Source: a virus
Taxonomy: Duplodnaviria > Caudoviricetes
IMG/VR virus record: IMGVR_UViG_3300049472_000168
Location: 74,266 to 138,265 of that record
Direction: 5' to 3' (one strand)
DNA length: 64,000 nucleotides
Numbering within the stretch: position 1 is the stretch's first letter; each line of letters starts with the position of its first letter. Position numbers and translations under genes: made by a program. The notes beneath the pieces were generated by a model. That model did not search any database, had not been told where the DNA came from, and saw only the letters and a list, made by a program, of their open reading frames with translations. Positions 57,938-64,000 of the stretch are shown piece after piece.

Positions 57938-58900
57938 CTAGTGAAACTCGGTACCATTCTTACGGAGAAGATATTCTTCTCCTAGCAGCTTCAAAGCGAT
58001 TCTGTTTTCTGTTGTGGTCTTGACGATGACGCCTTCTTTGATTTGGTCCTTGGCCAGAACCGAATTGCCCTGGGCCAGCTTATAGGTTGCCTCGAAGTCG
58101 TAGGGACCTCTGTAGAGAACGGGAACCACAGGAATGCTCCTGGCTTCGCAGAATGCTACCATTTCATCCCAGGGCAACCAGACCCCTTTGCGATTATCCC
58201 AGATGTCGAAGGCGGCGAAACTTAGATCAACGCCGTAGTTAAGATCCTGGACCTTGCCGTAGACCTCGCCATACAGAGTCAGATCGGGAGGAAGTCTATC
58301 GAAGAAGGGTTTTGTCGCCGCCCACCAGACATTGGAATCCTCGGGCTTCCACCAGGTCCGATGTGAACCGACATGGACGCCATCGGAATCGATCAGAACC
58401 CTGGCGTTGCAACCATGGATCTTTTCGGTAATGATGACTTCGGTTCCGGGAGGAATTATTTCCTTGTACCGCAACAGGTTATCCATGCCATAGACCGGGA
58501 CGTGTCCGCTTGGCGGAGATGCGGTATCGGCATTTCCTCTCAGACTCATCCCCTTCTGAACTTCCTCGAATTTGATGATACCTAGGGCTTCGGCGTAGTC
58601 CTGACCAACAACATAGTCATCAGGAGCCTTGACAAGCATTCCCATCGAGAAAACGCCACGGAGTCTTGCGGCTTTGACCCTGTGGTGGGTCTTGCCTTCT
58701 TTGCCGAGAAAAGCGAATCTCGAATCTGACAAAGGAACAACGGCATCAATTGGGACGTAGAGGGCAACCTCTCCGGGACAGAAGTCTCCAGATCTAACAA
58801 TGACTCTGTATCCAAGGACTTCGACAATACTGAGCCTGTCGGCTCCAGGGTGTGGATTGATGGCTTCGATTTTTACGGCTTCGACTTTGAATTCAGACAT
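57938..58900 (-). CDS. RNA ligase, DRB0094/Rnl2-like with N-terminal OB fold
   Basis: HPGADRL, RLRGVFSMG, TEKIHG (motif I), YGEVYG, FDI, EGVIVK. Confidence 0.9.
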   Translation of the reverse strand: MSEFKVEAVKIEAINPHPGADRLSIVEVLGYRVIVRSGDFCPGEVALYVPIDAVVPLSDSRFAFLGKEGKTHHRVKAARLRGVFSMGMLVKAPDDYVVGQDYAEALGIIKFEEVQKGMSLRGNADTASPPSGHVPVYGMDNLLRYKEIIPPGTEVIITEKIHGCNARVLIDSDGVHVGSHRTWWKPEDSNVWWAATKPFFDRLPPDLTLYGEVYGKVQDLNYGVDLSFAAFDIWDNRKGVWLPWDEMVAFCEARSIPVVPVLYRGPYDFEATYKLAQGNSVLAKDQIKEGVIVKTTTENRIALKLLGEEYLLRKNGTEFH

Positions 58901-59336
58901 CGGTTTTCCTCGACAGGTAAATTGACAGCTTCTGTAGTAATGGCTTCAGTTTGTTGATTCTGGTCCGACCCCTATGGGAGTCGTTTATGATCTGGATCTG
59001 TTCTAGTAAGAGTTCTTCGGATTCAGATAGGTTTCCGAGCAAGATCTTTAGGGTCTGGGCTCCGTCCCAATGCCTGATTCCGGGGGTGCCATCAAAAGAC
59101 TTCCCTTTGAATGGATGTAGCCGGTTTCTGAGACCAGCTCTGTCGATTAAATGACCAATGATGCAGCACGGCTTCCCTTTGGTATCAAAAACAGCCGAAT
59201 CCCTTAGTCTAGGGAGTTTCTTCTCCAGGACTAGGACTAGAGCTGCCTTGGACAGTTTGAGTCGATTTTTCTCGGGATTCATCTGAGGTTCCTTCTCCCA
59301 AAAACTCTGCATCGATACGGGTCTGTTGTTCGGCAT
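58893..59336 (-). CDS. hypothetical protein
   Basis: CCIIGHL...IQIIND. Confidence 0.5.
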   Translation of the reverse strand: MPNNRPVSMQSFWEKEPQMNPEKNRLKLSKAALVLVLEKKLPRLRDSAVFDTKGKPCCIIGHLIDRAGLRNRLHPFKGKSFDGTPGIRHWDGAQTLKILLGNLSESEELLLEQIQIINDSHRGRTRINKLKPLLQKLSIYLSRKTDV

Positions 59337-59521
59337 ATCTATTCAGACTTAGCAGCAAATCAGCCAGTGCAGTCGCCTGTGGACCGCTACGAATCTTCGA
59401 GCTATCTACCATTGCGGTCCAGGTGTCAAAGAATACATCGGCTGCAATAGCTGGACTCCATTCGCTGGTTTCTATAAGCCACCGAACCGCGTGCATCACT
59501 TCGCTAGGCACTTTTTGAATT

Positions 59522-60232
59522 CTACGTCGGCTCATCGGGTTCTTTCAATATATCGGAATTCTGAGAAGGCATCAATGCTTTAATCGCATCCATCTCTTTT
59601 TCCCACCCCAATCCAGGATGGTACTGCCCCAAGGCATAGGTCGTTAGTCTACCGGACCTACCCACTGGCTTGATCCATTCTGCCTGGACCCATGTATTCA
59701 TATTGATCCCGACTCGCTTAAAGTCTTTTGAAGTCAGGACGCCTTTGGATTCAAACAGTCTGCAAATTTCTAGTGCCTTGACTCTCCACGGCGTCAATGA
59801 TTGAGGGCTCTGGACTCCACACGGCCTATCGGTTTCAATCGGAGGCAGCCAGAATTCTGTAGTTGTCCAGACCTTGGACTCACCCCATATCTCGAAGCCT
59901 CCGAAATACTCCCATTCGTCCATAACCTTTCGTTTACGGCAAAAACAAATAACCCCAAGACCAAGGGCATTGGCTACTCTTTTGAATTCCCATGACGCCC
60001 ATGGAACTAAAACAAATCTGGTACCGGGGCCTTTATCTAGACACTGCGCCAGGACTTCGACGTTACCCCTCAGCTTGGCATGGATTCCGACTTGACCCCC
60101 AGAAGGTTCTCTGAGCACCCTCCCAGAAGTTGGAACTACTACCATATCCCAACCTTTAACTTCGGGATAGACCTTATATCCCTGGGGCTTGATCCAGGAG
60201 ATGAACTGCTGGCAAAGTTCTGATTCTAACAT
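59522..60232 (-). CDS. hypothetical protein, possible PD-(D/E)xK-like fold
   Basis: ESELC...VYPEV..WDMV...GIHAKL. Confidence 0.6.
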   Translation of the reverse strand: MLESELCQQFISWIKPQGYKVYPEVKGWDMVVVPTSGRVLREPSGGQVGIHAKLRGNVEVLAQCLDKGPGTRFVLVPWASWEFKRVANALGLGVICFCRKRKVMDEWEYFGGFEIWGESKVWTTTEFWLPPIETDRPCGVQSPQSLTPWRVKALEICRLFESKGVLTSKDFKRVGINMNTWVQAEWIKPVGRSGRLTTYALGQYHPGLGWEKEMDAIKALMPSQNSDILKEPDEPT

Positions 60233-60663
60233 TTTTGAAGTTCCAGGTACATTTTATGGTACTTCTCGATACGCCTGATATCTTTTTCCGTCACTCCTTT
60301 GAGGCGGCGGATATCTGAGTTATGACGCAGGTCGGCCAGCTTTACTTTAATCGCATCTGGATTTGCTTTGATCTTAGCTAGATATTCCTCTTCCGATTCT
60401 CCAGGAACCTTGGTCAGAGCCCTGATTCCGGAAATGACCCGTTCCGAGAACCCCGCAGACTTCAGGTAACTATAGGTAATTCCTCGGTCTTCGACTAGGT
60501 CGTGACCCAAGGCGATTTGTTGGATCTCAACATCGTCTGAACGGACGTAATGCATAACCTTCAAGCAATGAAGGACGTATGGATTCCCGCCTTTGTCGTA
60601 GACGTTATCAAATTCGTTGGCGACCAACGTTATCATTCGATTCAAATTACTCATCGACAGCAT
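60226..60663 (-). CDS. HD-domain phosphohydrolase (RelA/SpoT hydrolase, Mesh1-like)
   Basis: DKGGNPYVLH, LGHDLVED, ALTK, KVKLADLRHN. Confidence 0.85.
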   Translation of the reverse strand: MLSMSNLNRMITLVANEFDNVYDKGGNPYVLHCLKVMHYVRSDDVEIQQIALGHDLVEDRGITYSYLKSAGFSERVISGIRALTKVPGESEEEYLAKIKANPDAIKVKLADLRHNSDIRRLKGVTEKDIRRIEKYHKMYLELQKC

Positions 60664-60665
60664 TA

Positions 60666-60698
60666 TAAATACCACACCTAGATCTGGAACGCAATCTT
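60666..60698. promoter_or_regulatory. overlapping divergent sigma70 (minus) and AATCTT (plus) cassette
   Basis: TTGCGT-N17-TATTTA on minus; AATCTT 60693-60698. Confidence 0.55.
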
Positions 60699-60742
60699 TT
60701 TTAAAGAGGAAACCGGGTCCAAATCGACCCAGAAGAGGAAAT

Positions 60743-61129
60743 ATGATTAATCAGGTTGTGTTCGGTATTGATGTCAAAGGTGAATCCACAGATCGTCGTT
60801 ACGAAGGGGTCTTCGAGGCCAAGACGAAGCTCTCCCATCGAGAATCCCTGAAAGAGGACGAGGTCCGTAGGGCCATCCTGGGGGTCAATAGCACGGAGGC
60901 GTCGGAATACGCTAAATCTGTGGCTGCTGCAATTGCTTACTTGAGTATTAGAGTCCAAAAGGCCCCGAACTGGTTCAAGGACTCAAATAATGGTCTAGAC
61001 CTAGAAGACGGCAACGTCTTGATTGAGGTCAACAATGCTTGTGTCAAAGCTATTGACGAGGCCAGAGCTTCCTTTCTTGAGGCCGCAGAAAAGGCAAAGA
61101 AAGACCTCGAAAAGCACAAGACGGAATAA
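60743..61129 (+). CDS. putative tail assembly chaperone
   Basis: YEG.F..K...L...AYL......AP.WF pattern; position before the tape-measure candidate. Confidence 0.55.
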   Translation: MINQVVFGIDVKGESTDRRYEGVFEAKTKLSHRESLKEDEVRRAILGVNSTEASEYAKSVAAAIAYLSIRVQKAPNWFKDSNNGLDLEDGNVLIEVNNACVKAIDEARASFLEAAEKAKKDLEKHKTE

Positions 61130-61180
61130 TTCACTGAAATCCTTTAGTTCACTGCGTAGTGAACATTCCGATTTGGTGTT

Positions 61181-61711
61181 ATGGACTACTACAAAGCCCT
61201 TAGGACTGTAGCTCTTCAGGAGGTGTTATCTGACACCCCTAGTCAGAGCTACAGCCTGAGGCGCATCTTTCGGTGGTATTCCCAGAAATTCTGTACCCCG
61301 CTGCACGTTGTCAACACTCTGCCAATTCATGATGTTCTGGTGAGCTACTTCGAGTCTCACTACGAAGAGTTCGGAGAAGACAAGATCCAAGAAGAACTCC
61401 GCGAACTCACGATGACTCCGGCTCAGCTTCTCGATGCCGAAATGGCCAAGGCAGCAGAGGCGCTGTCTGAACTCGAATTCTCGAAGTCGATTGAGAAGGA
61501 AATCGCGGAAACCAAGAATAGGCCTGTTGTCAAGAAAACAGTTACTCATAGCAGAGGCGGCATCCCCCTAGAAAAGCCGGTAGAAGTTGAGAAACCGGTG
61601 AAACCTCCAGACGAAATCAAGATGAGCTTCCTCGACATCGAGGAATTCGACAAAATCCTTAGCGCCGATGCCGAGGCTGGTTTCGATTCTTCTGTATCTG
61701 GGCTAAAATAG
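61181..61711 (+). CDS. putative tail assembly chaperone, second part
   Basis: RWYSQKF.TP; follows the chaperone candidate. Confidence 0.5.
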   Translation: MDYYKALRTVALQEVLSDTPSQSYSLRRIFRWYSQKFCTPLHVVNTLPIHDVLVSYFESHYEEFGEDKIQEELRELTMTPAQLLDAEMAKAAEALSELEFSKSIEKEIAETKNRPVVKKTVTHSRGGIPLEKPVEVEKPVKPPDEIKMSFLDIEEFDKILSADAEAGFDSSVSGLK

Positions 61712-61952
61712 CACCAGAGATGACGCCCAGGATATCGGCGGAGATATCTGTAATCCAGCGATTATACCACGGTTCCTTGAAGCCGAACCAGACCTCGACG
61801 GTTAGGGGCTCTATCAGTTCCCAAGCTATTCCGGAACAGATTCCCAAGATAATGGCCGGAACTATTCCAATCCGTGGTCCTAACCCAAAAACCAGTACGC
61901 CCCATCCGATGTAGTGAATCAGTGACCAAACGTCCACTGCGTACTGTGGCAT
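61659..61952 (-). CDS. membrane protein
   Basis: DVWSLIH...AWELIE...DI..D..G; GAGG SD. Confidence 0.6.
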   Translation of the reverse strand: MPQYAVDVWSLIHYIGWGVLVFGLGPRIGIVPAIILGICSGIAWELIEPLTVEVWFGFKEPWYNRWITDISADILGVISGAILAQIQKNRNQPRHRR

Positions 61953-62024
61953 ACCTCAAAGATTGAGTCCGCAAGAATCATGCCAACGTAGTTAGAAGTC
62001 GTGACATTTACTACATCTATCAAT

Positions 62025-62234
62025 TCAGTTCCTAGGATCTCCATGTGGTTTTTCGCACCACATGAAGCCTTCTGGAGTCTCCAGAATATCCCCAGGCTTG
62101 AAATTTATCGCCATTTCGATAAAAACTGTATGGAGGTCTCCCTCGAACTCGCCTAAAAAGGTTTCGGGATCACCTTTAGAAACGATATGAGTAGGGGTCT
62201 TGGACCTGTTTGATTTTCTGAATTTCCATATCAT
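62025..62234 (-). CDS. hypothetical protein
   Basis: Operonic ORF. Confidence 0.45.
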   Translation of the reverse strand: MIWKFRKSNRSKTPTHIVSKGDPETFLGEFEGDLHTVFIEMAINFKPGDILETPEGFMWCEKPHGDPRN

Positions 62235-62243
62235 AATGGATCC

Positions 62244-62564
62244 TTATTCTAAACCTAAATCCAAAATACGAGGGACATCGATTTCTCGTCTGGTACTCTT
62301 GTAGGCATCGATCACTATCGTCTTGCCTAAGATCTGTGTCCAGTAATTCAAGATCGCCAAATCAGGAGCCCACCCCATCCCATAGGCTCCAATCAAAACT
62401 CCTCCATCCTTAACCTCAACTCCTTGTAGTCTGGCATGGAATTCTGCGTCTTTTAGTATCTCGTCTACAACCATTACGAGTCCGTATTTATCGGCAAACT
62501 CCTCACCAGTCATCGGTTTCGGGAGACGATTAATGATAGTTTTCATTGGCACCCACATCTCCAC
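62244..62564 (-). CDS. hypothetical phage protein
   Basis: EVKDGGVL...G.G...AI.NY...I.GK. Confidence 0.55.
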   Translation of the reverse strand: MEMWVPMKTIINRLPKPMTGEEFADKYGLVMVVDEILKDAEFHARLQGVEVKDGGVLIGAYGMGWAPDLAILNYWTQILGKTIVIDAYKSTRREIDVPRILDLGLE

Positions 62565-62769
62565 TGGATAAAGTGACCTTCGTCAAGAGCCGGACGCTTC
62601 CAAGTATATCCGACTCCATTACACTTGACACATTTAGCTCTGGCCTTTGAGACATCGTTTTCTGATATCGAGGCCATCACGGCGGTAGCGATTTCATCAG
62701 GCCTCTGACCCAGCAGGAGTCCTTTTGAGATCTCAGTTTCGATCTTGGCCAGAACGCTTTTATCCCAGG

Positions 62770-62976
62770 TCATTGGCCTCCGACTTTCTTTAAAATCACG
62801 GTCGAGCAAATCGGATTTAACCAGGCAGACTGAGGCTCTCCTTCCATCATCCCATCACCCACGATATCACACATTAGCAATCGAGCCTTCGCTACAGAAG
62901 ACGCCACAACTGTAGCCGCAAGTATGACATCGCTGGGGGCTGGAAATTTCAATTCAAGTTCGTAGATCTTTTTCAT
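62770..62976 (-). CDS. hypothetical protein
   Basis: ATGA overlap. Confidence 0.5.
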   Translation of the reverse strand: MKKIYELELKFPAPSDVILAATVVASSVAKARLLMCDIVGDGMMEGEPQSAWLNPICSTVILKKVGGQ

Positions 62977-63188
62977 TTGATTTCCTTCAGGAGACCGATC
63001 AGGGCTTCTTTTGCTGATTCCAATTTAGAATAAGCATTGGCCTTATCGGTGCGAAGAGACTGGACCTGGGCCTCGGCGATTAGGAGCCTAGTGTTGATGT
63101 CTTGAAGAGATCCAGCCCATTCTGCAATCAGTCTTGTGGTTTTTTCTAGTTTATCCAAGTACTCGTTTTTTGCCATTTTAATCTCCAC
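62973..63188 (-). CDS. small coiled-coil protein
   Basis: Operonic ORF. Confidence 0.5.
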   Translation of the reverse strand: MEIKMAKNEYLDKLEKTTRLIAEWAGSLQDINTRLLIAEAQVQSLRTDKANAYSKLESAKEALIGLLKEIK

Positions 63189-63429
63189 CCCTTACGTAGT
63201 GTTTGATACCGGGCGCACAAAATTCTCCAAGAGCATAGCTTCGAGGGAATGGCCATTTCTTGATTTGCTCAATCATTGCTGTATCTGGCTCGATATCGTA
63301 CTCATAGGCGAAGTGCTTTACGCACATTTCTCTGGCTTCGTCCTCAGAGGAGGCCGCCACCACAACCATGCCGGTGCTATAATTCAAAAGAACGGGATGG
63401 CCCTCGTAGATATAGAGATTCATATACAT
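63178..63429 (-). CDS. hypothetical protein
   Basis: Promoter TTGACA-N17-TATAAC (63438-63466). Confidence 0.6.
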   Translation of the reverse strand: MYMNLYIYEGHPVLLNYSTGMVVVAASSEDEAREMCVKHFAYEYDIEPDTAMIEQIKKWPFPRSYALGEFCAPGIKHYVRGGD

Positions 63430-63494
63430 AATAAACTGTTATATCTGGATTCCCTCCGGATGTCAACATTTAATTTGACCCCAATCTTTATAGG

Positions 63495-64000
63495 GTGTCG
63501 GATAAACAGATAAAAATCGGATTTCTCGTCGATCCACAGCAGGCCGCAACAGCCAAACGCTTGATCGACGACCTCACAAAATCGATGGAAGCCCTGTCCA
63601 AGGCCTCAGCAGGGGTCAGTACGGGCAAATTAGGAGCTGGAGGTGCCGCCCACGCCCAGACCCCAGCGGGTCAACAGCAGAGAGCCGGTGCCGGTGGCAT
63701 CGGTTCCAAGGTCAAAGGTATTCTGGGTTCCTTAGTCGGTGGGGACAGTTCCGAAACCACACGACTCCTCAAAACGACAGAGCGAGGATTCAGCGATATC
63801 CAGAGGTCGGTGAAACAGTTTGTCAGTTCTGCTGAAGCCGATATCAACAGACTGCGTCAATCCGTTGACGGCTTGAATAAGTCAATGGGTGGTGGGTTCG
63901 GTGGTGGTCGTGGTGCTCCTCATCCTTTGGCTGGGTTCAGTGGTCCTGCTGCTCCCGTAGCTACTGGCGGTGGAGGAGGTTCGGGTGGTGGAGGTACAGT
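63495..64000 (+). CDS. N-terminus of putative tape measure protein (partial)
   Basis: AATCTT(63483)-N6-GTG; open frame MSDKQIKIGFLVDPQQAATAKRLIDDLTKSMEALSKA... to the window end; follows the chaperone candidates. Confidence 0.6.
   Translation, partial: MSDKQIKIGFLVDPQQAATAKRLIDDLTKSMEALSKASAGVSTGKLGAGGAAHAQTPAGQQQRAGAGGIGSKVKGILGSLVGGDSSETTRLLKTTERGFSDIQRSVKQFVSSAEADINRLRQSVDGLNKSMGGGFGGGRGAPHPLAGFSGPAAPVATGGGGGSGGGGT

Noticed and set aside
61100-61185. Programmed frameshift joining the two tail-chaperone ORFs
   Set aside because: No clear slippery heptamer before the stop at 61129; the second ORF has its own ATG in the same frame
1-64000. Stop-codon reassignment (TAG or TAA recoding) suggested by internal stops at 57523 and 10297
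   Set aside because: Long genes are uninterrupted in code 11, TAG is used as a normal terminator (e.g. 17747, 34281, 47817), the two lesions are different codons, and no suppressor tRNA is seen

Overview
This 64-kb window looks like part of a large lytic tailed phage genome with a contractile tail (myovirus or jumbo-phage type), using the standard genetic code. It is strictly organised by strand. The + strand carries virion and morphogenesis genes: neck-like proteins, tail sheath, tail tube, large fibre-like proteins, putative tail chaperones, the start of a putative tape measure, and a 1392-aa multi-enzyme 'polyvalent' protein. These are broken into many small islands, most preceded by a conserved AATCTT motif. 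The - strand carries short accessory and replication genes (SF1 helicase, ATP-dependent DNA ligase, RNA ligase, MazG-like, HD hydrolase, metallophosphoesterase, many hypotheticals) and 9 tRNAs. These are driven by near-consensus sigma70 promoters whose spacing implies leaderless mRNAs. The main candidates for new biology are: (i) the polyvalent protein (mCpol, three paralogous GNAT-like domains, another GNAT-like domain, ParB and ART-like), whose domains are separated by a recurring [LVIM]-x-K-[ASTG] motif also found in other + strand proteins, suggesting a protease-processed, virion-packaged effector polyprotein; (ii) back-to-back early and late promoter cassettes; (iii) a ~230-nt structured RNA with tRNA-like ends in the tRNA cluster; and (iv) a three-copy heptad-repeat gene family with homopolymer frameshifts or an amber codon. 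All functional calls come from motif recognition by eye; no database searches were run.
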